64,000 bases of DNA from an uncultured Wenzhouxiangella sp. (lineage in GTDB: Bacteria > Pseudomonadota > Gammaproteobacteria > Xanthomonadales > Wenzhouxiangellaceae). A program made the position numbers and the translations under genes. This document shows, piece after piece, positions 13,770 to 23,479 of the stretch (the first letter of the stretch is position 1; each line of letters starts with the position of its first letter). The notes under the pieces were generated by a model, which saw only the letters and a program-made list of their open reading frames with translations, searched no databases and was not told the DNA's origin. The stretch lies in contig CAYWVH010000001.1 in assembly GCA_964461845.1 (NCBI GenBank), forward strand, positions 183,487 through 247,486, in the 5' to 3' direction.

Positions 13770-14896
13770 TGAGCCGAGATTTTAGCCATCTGGCCAATCC
13801 GGGCGTCTGTGAGCTCATCCCCTACACCCCAGGCAAGCCCATCGAAGAGCTTGAGCGAGAGCTTGGAATCCGTGACTCCATCAAGCTGGCTTCCAATGAA
13901 AACCCCTTAGGCGCGAGCCCCAAAGCATTGGCTGCCATTGAAAAAGCGCTGCCTAACTTACATTTGTATCCGGATGCCAACGGGTTCTACCTAAAGCAGG
14001 CGATCTCAAAAAAACATGGCCTGCCCATGGAAAGCATCACCTTGGGCAATGGGTCCAATGACATTCTGGTCTTGTTGGCACAGGTCTTTCTCAATCCATC
14101 GGTTGAGGCGCTGTACTCTCAATACGCGTTTGCGGTTTATCCGATCGTGACGCAATTGATGGGGGCTTCCCACAAGGAAGTACCCGCCTTGCCCCAAGGC
14201 CACCCGATGGCACTGGGCCATGATTTAAGGGCCATGTTTGAGGCCGTGTCTGAGCAAACCAGATTGGTCTTTGTGGCCAACCCGAATAACCCAACAGGCA
14301 CATGGCTGGGCAAGGATCGACTTAAGGACTTCATTGCCTCTTTGCCACCGCATGTCATTTGTGTGGTGGACGAGGCCTATACCGAGTATGGGCAAGGCGA
14401 TGTTTTGGGCGACGCCACCGAGTGGGTCGAGACCTTCCCAAATTTGGTTGTGACCAGGACCTTTTCGAAAGCCTATGGCTTGGCGGCTTTGCGCGTTGGG
14501 TATGCCGTGAGCAACCCAGGGATTGCGGATCTATTGAACCGCGCCAGGCCACCTTTCAATGTGAGTTCTTTGGGGTTGGCTGCGGCCACAGCCGCATTGG
14601 ATGATGTGGCCTTTATCGAGAAGAGCCGGCAAGTCAATGCCGAAGGCATGAGCCAGTTGGTTGAAGGGTTGGGCGCGTTGGGTATCTCGACAACGCCCTC
14701 GGCGGCCAACTTTGTTTTGGCACACTTTGGGCACGATGTCAGTCAACTCAATCAATCATTGTTGGCCCTGGGCGTGATCGTTCGGCCTGTTGCGAACTAT
14801 GGCCTGCCAGAGTCGCTTCGGATCACCATTGGCACGCATGATCAAAATGCGCGTTTGTTGCAAGCCATGGGCCAAGCCATCACGGGGCGGGGTTGA
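13766..14896 (+). CDS. hisC: Histidinol-phosphate/aromatic aminotransferase
   Basis: IKLASNENPLG, GNGSND, NPNNPTG, DEAY, RTFSKAYGLAALRVGY. Confidence 0.95.
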   Translation: MMSRDFSHLANPGVCELIPYTPGKPIEELERELGIRDSIKLASNENPLGASPKALAAIEKALPNLHLYPDANGFYLKQAISKKHGLPMESITLGNGSNDILVLLAQVFLNPSVEALYSQYAFAVYPIVTQLMGASHKEVPALPQGHPMALGHDLRAMFEAVSEQTRLVFVANPNNPTGTWLGKDRLKDFIASLPPHVICVVDEAYTEYGQGDVLGDATEWVETFPNLVVTRTFSKAYGLAALRVGYAVSNPGIADLLNRARPPFNVSSLGLAAATAALDDVAFIEKSRQVNAEGMSQLVEGLGALGISTTPSAANFVLAHFGHDVSQLNQSLLALGVIVRPVANYGLPESLRITIGTHDQNARLLQAMGQAITGRG

Positions 14897-14915
14897 TGGT
14901 GGGGACGGTCGTGTT

Positions 14916-16238
14916 ATGGATTTGAAGTCCTCTCCCATTGATGGGCCTTTGACTGGTTCGTACCGCCCACCAGGCGATAAGTCCATCTCTCATCGTCTGG
15001 CTTTGCTGTGCGCGATGGCCAAAGGAAGAAGCGTGGTTCATGGTTTTCTGGACAGTCACGACACCTTGGCCACCGCGAAGGCCATGGAAGCGATGGGTGC
15101 CGACATTGAGTGGACGCCAACAGAGCACGGTTACTCGTTGGTCATTCAGGGCGGTCACCTGCGCGCGCCAGAGGTGCCCTTGGACTTTGGTAACTCAGGC
15201 ACAGGGATCCGTCTGAGCGCTGGCCTTTTGGCTGGTCTGGGTGAGGTGTTAACGCCGCCCGTGGTCGATATCGAGTTGATTGGAGATGCCTCGCTGAGTC
15301 GCAGACCCATGAGGCGCATCATTGAGCCATTGAAGACCCATGGGGCAGATGTGAAGGCCACCGACGGTCATGCCCCTTTGTTTGTGCGACCCAGTACTTT
15401 GCATGGCGCCAGGCATGATCTCAACATTGCCAGTGCTCAGGTTAAGTCTGCATTGCTATTGGCAGGGCTCAATGCACACGGCCAGACCAGAATAAAAGAG
15501 CCAACGGCCAGTCGGGATCACACAGAACGTTTGTTCGAGGCCTGTGGTGTGGAGCTCGAAAGAGTCAGTGACACTGAGGTCGTGCTCAACGGGCCTCAGT
15601 CGGTTAAATCAGGGATTCATCACGTGCCGGGCGACATCAGCTCGGCTGCTTTCATGTTGGCGGCGGGATTGCTGGTGCCAGGCTCTGAAGTGACCTTGCA
15701 TCATGTGGGCTTGAACCCAACACGGGACGGCATTTTAAGAATCATTCGTGCCATGCAAGGTCAGCTGGAGGTGGACAGAGACTCATCAAAAGTGGGTGAG
15801 CCCATAGGTGTGATAAAGGTGCGTGCATCGGCGCTGATGGGCATCGATATCGATCCTGACTGGGTGCCGTTGGCGATTGATGAATTTCCCATGGTGATGG
15901 GTATGGCAGCACTCGCTCAAGGCAGCACCACAATCCGTGGGGCTGCTGAACTTAGGGTCAAAGAGTCAGATCGATTGGCCATGATGTGCTCGCAGCTCAA
16001 GGCCTTGGGGGTTGAAGTGGAAGAGAGGCCCGATGGGGCCACAGTGGTGGGTGGACAGTTGCAAGGCGGTACTGTGGAGTGTGCGGGCGATCACCGCATT
16101 GCCATGACCTTTGCGGTACTGGGTTTGGTGGCACAGTCTCCCATCGTCATAAAAGACGCGCATTGGATGCAGACGAGCTACCCGAGCTTTGTGGATGACC
16201 TCAATCGACTGGGTGGTCGCTTGGAGTGGTTGGGATGA
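14916..16238 (+). CDS. aroA: EPSP synthase (class II motifs)
   Basis: GDKSISHR, GNSGT, SAQVKS, RDHTE, NPTR, DEFP, KESDR, DHRIAM; start ATG 14916. Confidence 0.97.
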   Translation: MDLKSSPIDGPLTGSYRPPGDKSISHRLALLCAMAKGRSVVHGFLDSHDTLATAKAMEAMGADIEWTPTEHGYSLVIQGGHLRAPEVPLDFGNSGTGIRLSAGLLAGLGEVLTPPVVDIELIGDASLSRRPMRRIIEPLKTHGADVKATDGHAPLFVRPSTLHGARHDLNIASAQVKSALLLAGLNAHGQTRIKEPTASRDHTERLFEACGVELERVSDTEVVLNGPQSVKSGIHHVPGDISSAAFMLAAGLLVPGSEVTLHHVGLNPTRDGILRIIRAMQGQLEVDRDSSKVGEPIGVIKVRASALMGIDIDPDWVPLAIDEFPMVMGMAALAQGSTTIRGAAELRVKESDRLAMMCSQLKALGVEVEERPDGATVVGGQLQGGTVECAGDHRIAMTFAVLGLVAQSPIVIKDAHWMQTSYPSFVDDLNRLGGRLEWLG

Positions 16239-16939
16239 GCGATGCTCGCACAAGTGTGCCTGTGATTACAGTAGACGGCCCCTCGGGCGTGGGTAAGGGC
16301 GCGGTGAGCGCCGCGCTGGCAAAGACGTTGGGCTGGCATCTTCTGGATTCTGGAGCGGTCTATCGAGCCATTGGGTGGGTGGCTCAACATCGCCACGTGG
16401 ATCCTGAGGATGAAAAGGCCCTGGTCTCATTGTGTCAGTCTGTGGATTTGCGCTTTGAGCCGAGTGCTGAGGGCGTATGTGTCTATATCGATGGCCAGCA
16501 GGTCGAAGATGAGCTTCGGTCAGAAGCCACCAGCCAAATGGCCTCGAAAGTGGCCGCCATACCGGCGGTGCGCCACGCATTGTTGGCGCTGCAGCATGAT
16601 TTCAGGCAGATGCCTGGTTTGATCGCCGATGGCCGGGATATGGGGACCGTGGTATTTCCTGATGCGGTCGCCAAGATATTCTTGACAGCCAGCCCTCAGG
16701 AACGGGCTCAAAGGCGCTATAAGCAGTTGAAAGAAAAGGGGGAGCATGTTATATTTGACCGGTTATTCAGTGATATCACCGAGCGTGACCAGCGTGATCG
16801 AGACCGAGCGGTCTCGCCCACGGTTCCCGCTTCGGATGCCAAAGTCATTGACTCAACAGACATGTCGCTTGATGCTGTGATTGCATCGGTGATGGCCTTT
16901 GTTGAAGATCGGTGTGCGGAGGTGAGGAATAACACTTAG
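16235..16939 (+). CDS. cmk: Cytidylate kinase
   Basis: DGPSGVGK, LDSGAVYR, DGRDMGTVVFPDA, RDQRD; start ATG 16235 overlapping aroA stop. Confidence 0.97.
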   Translation: MSDARTSVPVITVDGPSGVGKGAVSAALAKTLGWHLLDSGAVYRAIGWVAQHRHVDPEDEKALVSLCQSVDLRFEPSAEGVCVYIDGQQVEDELRSEATSQMASKVAAIPAVRHALLALQHDFRQMPGLIADGRDMGTVVFPDAVAKIFLTASPQERAQRRYKQLKEKGEHVIFDRLFSDITERDQRDRDRAVSPTVPASDAKVIDSTDMSLDAVIASVMAFVEDRCAEVRNNT

Positions 16940-16942
16940 GCG

Positions 16943-17094
16943 CCTGGTGGTGTTTGGTCTCTTCGAATAGAGCCTCTCCATCCAGGATGTTAAACGAGCG
17001 AAACCGCCAGGTTTTGCAGATGACCACGGCCAGCCGAGCTTTTCTCGGTTGAGTAGGGCATGCGAGTCTGGCCAATCAGGAATACATAAGTCAC
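16943..17094 (+). promoter_or_regulatory. Structured rpsA leader (putative S1 autoregulatory region)
   Basis: Stem CCTGGTGGT (16943-51)/ACCGCCAGG (17003-11); stem GGCCAG (17028-33)/CTGGCC (17068-73) enclosing CCGAG-ctttt-CTCGG; no canonical SD at normal spacing before ATG 17095. Confidence 0.55.
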
Positions 17095-18768
17095 ATGAGT
17101 GAATCTTTTGCAGAGTTATTTGAACAGAGCTTAGTCGAGCGCGAATTGCGTCCTGGCGCCATCGTGATGGGTCGTGTTGTTGAGATCCGAGACGATGCAG
17201 TGGTGATCAATGCAGGCCTTAAGTCTGAAGGTGTTGTTCCCATTTCTCAGTTTGAGTCGCGGGACGGAACCATCGAGGTCAGCGTAGGCGATGAAGTGGA
17301 AGTGGCCTTGGATGCCATTGAAGATGGATTCGGTGAGACGCGTCTATCTAGAGAGAAAGCCAAACGTTCGCGCGTATGGACAGAGCTTGAAGTCGCTCAT
17401 GAGGCCGGCCAGACGGTCATTGGCCACATTTCTGGTAAAGTCAAAGGTGGATTCACCGTCAGCATCGATACCATCCGTGCATTCTTGCCAGGCTCCCTGG
17501 TGGATGTCAGACCGGTTAGAGACCCTGGCTATCTCGAGGGGAAAGATCTCGAGTTCAAGATTATTAAACTTGATCGTCGTCGCAATAACCTTGTGGTGAG
17601 CCGACGCGCGGTCGTTGAACATGAATATGCCTCGGAGCGGGATGATTTGATTGATCGCCTCACCGAAGGTGCAGTGATCAAAGGTGTGGTCAAAAACCTC
17701 ACGGATTATGGTGCCTTTTTGGATTTGGGCGGCATCGATGGTCTGTTACACATCACCGACATGGCGTGGAAGAGAGTGCGCCACCCATCAGAAATCGTAG
17801 AAGTGGGTAAAGAGTTGGAAGTGCGCGTGCTGAGATTCGATCGTGACCGCATGCGGGTTTCTTTGGGCCTGAAGCAGTTGGGCGAAGATCCATGGAGCGA
17901 TATTGACCGTCGCTATCCACCCACCGCGCGTTTGTTCGGTAAGGTGACCAACATCACCGATTACGGTTGCTTTGTTGAGATTGAAGATGGTGTGGAAGGT
18001 CTGGTCCACGTCTCTGAAATGGATTGGACCAACAAGAACGTCAACCCAGCCAAAGTGGTCCATGTGGGCCAAGAGGTTGAGGTGATGGTCCTTGATGTGG
18101 ATGAGGAGCGTCGTCGTATCTCATTGGGCATGAAACAATGTCAGCCCAATCCTTGGGAAGCTTTTGCTGCAACCTACAACAAGGGCGACAAAGTGTCAGG
18201 TGCGATTAAGTCGATCACCGACTTTGGTATCTTCATCGGCCTTGAGGGTGGCATTGATGGCTTGATCCACCTCTCAGATGTCTCTTGGATGGATACGGGC
18301 GAAGACGTTGTCCGTGATTACAAGAAAGGCGATGAGTTAGAAGCGGTCGTCTTGGCGGTGGACCCCGAAAGAGAGCGCATTTCTTTGGGCATCAAACAAA
18401 TGGATCAAGACCCATTTGCATCCTTTATGGCCGAGCATCCGAAAGGGTCCTTGATCAAAGGCACCGTGGAGTCCGTGGATGCCAAGGGCGCTGTGATCAA
18501 TATCGCCGAAGGCGTTCAAGGCTACATCAAAGCCAGTGATTTGTCTCAAGACCGTGTTGACGATGCGAGCAAAGTGGTCTCAGTCGGTGATGAAATCGAG
18601 GCGAAGTTCGTTTCTTTGGACAGAAAGACACGCCAATTGGCCTTGTCCGTACGTGCCAAAGACGAAGATGAGCTGGCCGGTGTGATTGATCAGTATCAGT
18701 CGCGCTCATCGGGCACCGGGACTTCCTTGGGTGATCTCCTTAAAGAGCAGTTGGACAAGGATTCCTAA
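17095..18768 (+). CDS. rpsA: 30S ribosomal protein S1
   Basis: [10 protein letters not shown]; repeated S1 domains ([59 protein letters not shown]). Confidence 0.99.
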   Translation: MSESFAELFEQSLVERELRPGAIVMGRVVEIRDDAVVINAGLKSEGVVPISQFESRDGTIEVSVGDEVEVALDAIEDGFGETRLSREKAKRSRVWTELEVAHEAGQTVIGHISGKVKGGFTVSIDTIRAFLPGSLVDVRPVRDPGYLEGKDLEFKIIKLDRRRNNLVVSRRAVVEHEYASERDDLIDRLTEGAVIKGVVKNLTDYGAFLDLGGIDGLLHITDMAWKRVRHPSEIVEVGKELEVRVLRFDRDRMRVSLGLKQLGEDPWSDIDRRYPPTARLFGKVTNITDYGCFVEIEDGVEGLVHVSEMDWTNKNVNPAKVVHVGQEVEVMVLDVDEERRRISLGMKQCQPNPWEAFAATYNKGDKVSGAIKSITDFGIFIGLEGGIDGLIHLSDVSWMDTGEDVVRDYKKGDELEAVVLAVDPERERISLGIKQMDQDPFASFMAEHPKGSLIKGTVESVDAKGAVINIAEGVQGYIKASDLSQDRVDDASKVVSVGDEIEAKFVSLDRKTRQLALSVRAKDEDELAGVIDQYQSRSSGTGTSLGDLLKEQLDKDS

Positions 18769-18777
18769 GGCAGCATC

Positions 18778-19065
18778 ATGACCAGATCCGAGCTGATCGA
18801 GAAGTTATCCGCACAGCAGACCCATCTGAGTTTGGCTGATGTGGAGCTGGCAGTTAAGGCCATCATCGATCAGCTTGGGTCGGCCTTGGCTGCAGGAGAC
18901 CGAATCGAGATCCGCGGGTTTGGTAGCTTCGCGCTCCATCATCGTCCTCCTCGTCTTGGCAGAAACCCCAAGACGGGGGAGCCGGTGGCGCTTCCTGGAA
19001 AGTATGTGCCCCACTTTAAGCCAGGCAAGGCATTGCGGGAACGGGTTGATGTACTCAAGAAGTAA
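18778..19065 (+). CDS. ihfB: Integration host factor beta subunit
   Basis: [32 protein letters not shown]; follows rpsA. Confidence 0.98.
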   Translation: MTRSELIEKLSAQQTHLSLADVELAVKAIIDQLGSALAAGDRIEIRGFGSFALHHRPPRLGRNPKTGEPVALPGKYVPHFKPGKALRERVDVLKK

Positions 19066-19108
19066 CCCTTTGACTTTGGCCTGCCGCGCGAACCTTAAGG
19101 GCTAAGCT

Positions 19109-19333
19109 GTGTTTCGCTGGTTGCTGCTGGTCGGTGTGCTGGTAGCTATCCTCACAGGGCTTGTGGTGGGTGTACTAAATCCAGCGCATGTTGAGCTCAA
19201 CCTTCTGTTTTTCAGTGTTTCTCTCCCCGTCGGTGCTTTGGTCAGCGCCAGTTTTTTTGCAGGCATCCTAGTGGCTTGGTTTATCCAAGCAGTGGCCCGG
19301 TTGGGTCGGCTTTTCGTTAGGCGGCCCCGCTAA
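19109..19333 (+). CDS. lapA: LPS assembly protein LapA (DUF1049)
   Basis: Two hydrophobic segments around LNPAHVELNLLF; position between ihfB and lapB. Confidence 0.75.
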   Translation: MFRWLLLVGVLVAILTGLVVGVLNPAHVELNLLFFSVSLPVGALVSASFFAGILVAWFIQAVARLGRLFVRRPR

Positions 19334-19342
19334 CCAGCCATC

Positions 19343-20545
19343 ATGTTAGACGCACTCTTATTGACTGGCTTATTCACGGTGGCACTGGCCCTTGGCTGGG
19401 CGCTTGCTCGTTGGCAGCTTAAGAAAAGATCTACTCAGGAAAGCAGGCTGTCACAGGGTTATTTGAAAGGCCTTAATTATCTACTTAACGAAGAGCCTGA
19501 CAAAGCCATTGAGATCTTCTTGCAGATTGCGGAACGGAAGGGGACTGGGCTTCATAAGATCACGCGTCAAGGGCAGCTGGACATAGTTGATACGCATTTA
19601 GCGCTGGGCAGTCTTTTTCGTCGGCGCGGTGAGATGGACAAAGCCATCCGATTTCACAAGCACATCATTGCGCAACCACACTTAACTGAATGGCAGCGCA
19701 CAGCTGCGCTTAAGGAGCTCGGTCGTGACTATCTTCAGGCTGGTTTGCTTGATCGGGCGGAGCGGATATTCAGCGAACTACTGGAGAGGGATGATCAGGG
19801 ATCTCAGCCAACCCACCAGCTCATGCAAATCTATCAGCAAGAAAAAGAGTGGGGCAAGGCCATCGATCAGGCCCAGCACCTCAAGGACGATGATCTCCCC
19901 AATAGAGAGACATTGCTTGCACAGTTTTTCTGTGAGCTGGCGGAGCAAGCGCGTGGACGGGGTGATCTAGATGCGGTGCAAAAAGCATTAAGGCAAGCCA
20001 AGCGATATCAGCCCAAACACCCGAGAGCAGCTCTGATCTCGGGTGATGTCGCATGGAGGCAGGGGGATTTTGAGGGGGCAATCAAAGAGTACTGTGCTGC
20101 CTGTCAAACAGATCCAGAGATGTTCGTATTGGTGGCTGACTCTTTGGTCCAAGCGCATGAACAAATTGATCAATTAAACAAATTGATTGAATGGCTGGAG
20201 CGCTTTGTTGCTGTGACGGCAATGACGCCAGCCATTATTTTGCTTTCGCAGTTGCGTGCCCGAACAGATGTCAATTTGGGTGTTGAAACCCTACTCAAAG
20301 GCCTAGAGAAGCGACCGACAATTCGCGGGCTTGAGGCCTTGGTTGACTTATTGCATGTCCATGGCATGTCCCTTGCTGAGGTCAGCCCTGAGCTGATCGG
20401 CGAGCTGATGGGCAAGCTGAGAAGCGCTCAGCCCAGATACCGTTGCAAAGAGTGCGGGTTCAGCAGTAGCGAGCACCATTGGCTTTGTCCAAGTTGTCGT
20501 AATTGGGACACCACACGCTTGCTTCAGGGTCCTGCAGGAGATTAA
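19343..20545 (+). CDS. lapB: LPS assembly protein LapB (TPR + rubredoxin)
   Basis: YLKGLNYLLNEEPDKAI, HLALGSLFRRRGE, C-terminal CKECGF...WLCPSC. Confidence 0.95.
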   Translation: MLDALLLTGLFTVALALGWALARWQLKKRSTQESRLSQGYLKGLNYLLNEEPDKAIEIFLQIAERKGTGLHKITRQGQLDIVDTHLALGSLFRRRGEMDKAIRFHKHIIAQPHLTEWQRTAALKELGRDYLQAGLLDRAERIFSELLERDDQGSQPTHQLMQIYQQEKEWGKAIDQAQHLKDDDLPNRETLLAQFFCELAEQARGRGDLDAVQKALRQAKRYQPKHPRAALISGDVAWRQGDFEGAIKEYCAACQTDPEMFVLVADSLVQAHEQIDQLNKLIEWLERFVAVTAMTPAIILLSQLRARTDVNLGVETLLKGLEKRPTIRGLEALVDLLHVHGMSLAEVSPELIGELMGKLRSAQPRYRCKECGFSSSEHHWLCPSCRNWDTTRLLQGPAGD

Positions 20546-21574
20546 ATGGCTCTGTGGGCACATGTTTTTTGGTTGATCACAGTGCCTACCTTGGTTGTTG
20601 CTCTGGTGGCATGGCCGGCATCGATATGGCTGACGCACAGGGGAATGATTGATCAGCCGGAGCCTGCACGTCGGCTGCATCAAGTGGCCACCCCGAGAGG
20701 GGGCGGGATAGTCATATGCCTAGGCCTTTTCGTGGGCTTTGGCATCCAGGGCATTTATGCGGGAACGGCTATTGTTTGGACCATCGCGGGTGGCTATGCT
20801 TTGGTTTTAACTTTGGTGGGGTTTTGGGAGGATGTGCGACCACGCCCTGTCGCCCCGCGCCTATTGGCCCAGTGCCTTCTTGGGGTGCTTTTGATTGTCA
20901 CATTGGGCCCAATAGATGCCATCAGCGTCCAAGGTATCCAGTGGCCCCACGCTTGGTTGTGGGCTGGGCTGGGTTGGGTTGGGCTGGTTTGGCTCATGAA
21001 TCTGCATAATTTCATGGATGGGTCAGATGGGTTGGCGGCGAGTCAGGGTGTATGGACAGCCGCATGTTATGCGGTTTTGTTCTATCAAGATGCCCAGTTA
21101 CAGTGGATGGGGATCAGCTTGAGTCTGATGGGCGCCTGCTTGGGATTCTTGGTCTGGAATCGACCGATCGCACGGCTTTTTATGGGCGATAGCGGGTCAC
21201 TTTTGTTGGGTGGATTGGTTGGCCTGCTGGCTTATCAGGCCGTCCTGTCGCAGGCAGCCTCTTTACTGGTTTGTGTGATGATTTCATCGGTTTTCGTAGT
21301 CGATGCCACAGCCACCTTGATTCGGCGCGTCTTTCAGGGGGAGCGGTGGTATACTGCGCATGCAACACACGCTTTCCAGCGTTTGATTGCAGGGGGTTTG
21401 AGTCACAGCCAAGTGCTGATGATGTATGTGTTGCTGAATTTGGGGCTGGTGTTGCCTTTGGTTTATGCTGCGGTGCATTATCCAAGGTACGAGGGCTGGC
21501 TCAGTTTGGCGTTATTATCCGCCCTTCAATTGGGTTGGTGGCAGGTTCAAAAAGCGCATTTGAATCAGGGCTAA
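20546..21574 (+). CDS. Polyprenyl-phosphate sugar-1-phosphate transferase (glycosyltransferase family 4, WbpL/WecA-like)
   Basis: H..ATPRGGG, WEDV, NLHNFMDGSDG, LVWNRP, FMGDSGS; multiple TM helices. Confidence 0.9.
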   Translation: MALWAHVFWLITVPTLVVALVAWPASIWLTHRGMIDQPEPARRLHQVATPRGGGIVICLGLFVGFGIQGIYAGTAIVWTIAGGYALVLTLVGFWEDVRPRPVAPRLLAQCLLGVLLIVTLGPIDAISVQGIQWPHAWLWAGLGWVGLVWLMNLHNFMDGSDGLAASQGVWTAACYAVLFYQDAQLQWMGISLSLMGACLGFLVWNRPIARLFMGDSGSLLLGGLVGLLAYQAVLSQAASLLVCVMISSVFVVDATATLIRRVFQGERWYTAHATHAFQRLIAGGLSHSQVLMMYVLLNLGLVLPLVYAAVHYPRYEGWLSLALLSALQLGWWQVQKAHLNQG

Positions 21575-21589
21575 AAGGCTAGGACAGTT

Positions 21590-23473
21590 ATGGAAGCATC
21601 TTCGGCGGGGATCAATCGACGAGCGTTGGTCATTGCCCACGATTTCTTTGTCTTGGTGGTGGCCTGGCTTGGCGCGCGGTGGCTTGGCAACTGGGTGGTG
21701 GGTGACGCCGCCATCAGCTGGCAGCAGCTGGCTGTTGAAGTCAATCTCATACTCATCATCCAAGGGTTTTTGCAGTGGCGTGCCGGCCTTTATCGAGGGG
21801 TATGGCGCTTTGCCAGCCTGCCTGATTTAGCGAATCTGTTGCGGGCAGCCATTCTGGGGGCGGTGGCTGGTATCACCGTGATGTTGTTATTGGATGTCGC
21901 GCTCGAGGTCATGTTGCTTGTGGTTTGGGCGTTCCCAGCCATGCTGCTTTTACTGCTGAGTCTGCCACGCCTAACTTATCGAATTTTTAAAGACATGCGT
22001 TCTGAGGTCCATCAGCGACGCGTCACTCAAAGGACATTGATTCTTGGCGCTGGGCGGTCGGGCCAGCTGTTGTTGCCTGAGTTGCGTCGACGTGGCCGTT
22101 ATGATGTTGTTGGCTATCTGGATGATGATGAGCAGCTTCGTGGCAAATTGGTGATGGATCTGCCTGTTCTGGGTCCCATTACGAGGCTATCTCGAGTCTG
22201 TCGTGAGGCAGCCATTGATTTGGTCGTTATCGCCATACCGTCCGCCACCAATCAACAGATGCAAAGGATCGTTGCTCACTGTGAGACTGCGGGTGTCGAG
22301 TTTAAGACCCTGCCCACGCTCAAACAGATGGGGGCGACGCTGACGCGTTTTGATGACCTAAAACCAGTGGCGATTGAGGATTTGTTGGGCAGGGATCCTG
22401 TGTCACTGGATTGGGATGGTTTGCGTGCTGGATTGGCCGGGCGCCGCGTGTTGGTCACGGGGGGTGGGGGTTCGATTGGGGCTGAGTTGTGTCGTCAAAT
22501 TGCACGCTTAGATCCGGCGTCATTGGTGGTGCTCGACAACTGTGAGTACAACCTCTATCGAGTTGACTATCGCTTGCGGAGCGAGTTTCGGGACTTGATC
22601 ATCGAAACTGTGCTTGGGGATATCTGTGATTCAGCGACCATTGAGACGGTGATGGCGCGTAGCCGGCCTGAAGTGGTGTTCCATGCTGCGGCCTACAAAC
22701 ACCTTCCGATGTTACAAAATCAGGCCAGAGAAGCGTTTCGAAATAACGTATTGGGAACAAAACGTGTGGCGGATGCAGCCATCGAGCATGGGGTTGAAAC
22801 CTTTGTGTTGATCTCAACCGATAAGGCTGTCAATCCAAGTAATGTGATGGGCGCAACGAAACGCATTGCTGAGCTGTATTGCCAATATGTGAACCCAAAA
22901 TCAGACACCCGCTTTATTACGGTTCGATTTGGTAATGTCCTCAATTCAACGGGCTCTGTGGTGCCATTGTTCAATGAGCAAATTCGTCAAGGTGGGCCAG
23001 TGACTGTGACCCATCCTGACATCACCCGCTACTTCATGACCATTGCAGAAGCTGGGCAGCTTATTTTGCAAGCTGGTGTGCTTGGGCGCGGCGGTGAGGT
23101 GTTTGTTTTAGACATGGGTGAGCCTGTCAGAATCAGCTACCTTGCTGAGCAACTGATCCGCTTGGCTGGTAAGGAGCCAGGTGGGGACATCGAGATTATT
23201 TACACAGGTCTTCGCCCTGGTGAAAAGCTTTTTGAGGAGCTCTTTCACGAGCATGAGCCCCACGCCAATACTGAGCATGAGAAGATTTTCTTGAGCCGCT
23301 CAACATTGGATCAGGTGGCCTTGGAGACTGTGATGGGCCACCTCTACGAAGCCGAGCGAGCCTCTAGACAGTACGACACCGTAAAGCTCAATGAGGCTTT
23401 ATTAAAGATGGTGCCAGAGCTTGGCAAGCAGCCACCAAGACGTCATCAGAAAGTCGTATCACTGACGGGGTAG
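21590..23473 (+). CDS. Nucleoside-diphosphate sugar 4,6-dehydratase (WbpM/CapD/PglF family)
   Basis: N-terminal TMs, GAGRSG, VTGGGGSIG, FHAAAYKH, STDKAVNP, MGATK, RFGNV, MTIAEA, GLRPGEKL. Confidence 0.95.
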   Translation: MEASSAGINRRALVIAHDFFVLVVAWLGARWLGNWVVGDAAISWQQLAVEVNLILIIQGFLQWRAGLYRGVWRFASLPDLANLLRAAILGAVAGITVMLLLDVALEVMLLVVWAFPAMLLLLLSLPRLTYRIFKDMRSEVHQRRVTQRTLILGAGRSGQLLLPELRRRGRYDVVGYLDDDEQLRGKLVMDLPVLGPITRLSRVCREAAIDLVVIAIPSATNQQMQRIVAHCETAGVEFKTLPTLKQMGATLTRFDDLKPVAIEDLLGRDPVSLDWDGLRAGLAGRRVLVTGGGGSIGAELCRQIARLDPASLVVLDNCEYNLYRVDYRLRSEFRDLIIETVLGDICDSATIETVMARSRPEVVFHAAAYKHLPMLQNQAREAFRNNVLGTKRVADAAIEHGVETFVLISTDKAVNPSNVMGATKRIAELYCQYVNPKSDTRFITVRFGNVLNSTGSVVPLFNEQIRQGGPVTVTHPDITRYFMTIAEAGQLILQAGVLGRGGEVFVLDMGEPVRISYLAEQLIRLAGKEPGGDIEIIYTGLRPGEKLFEELFHEHEPHANTEHEKIFLSRSTLDQVALETVMGHLYEAERASRQYDTVKLNEALLKMVPELGKQPPRRHQKVVSLTG

Positions 23474-23479
23474 CGGGCA

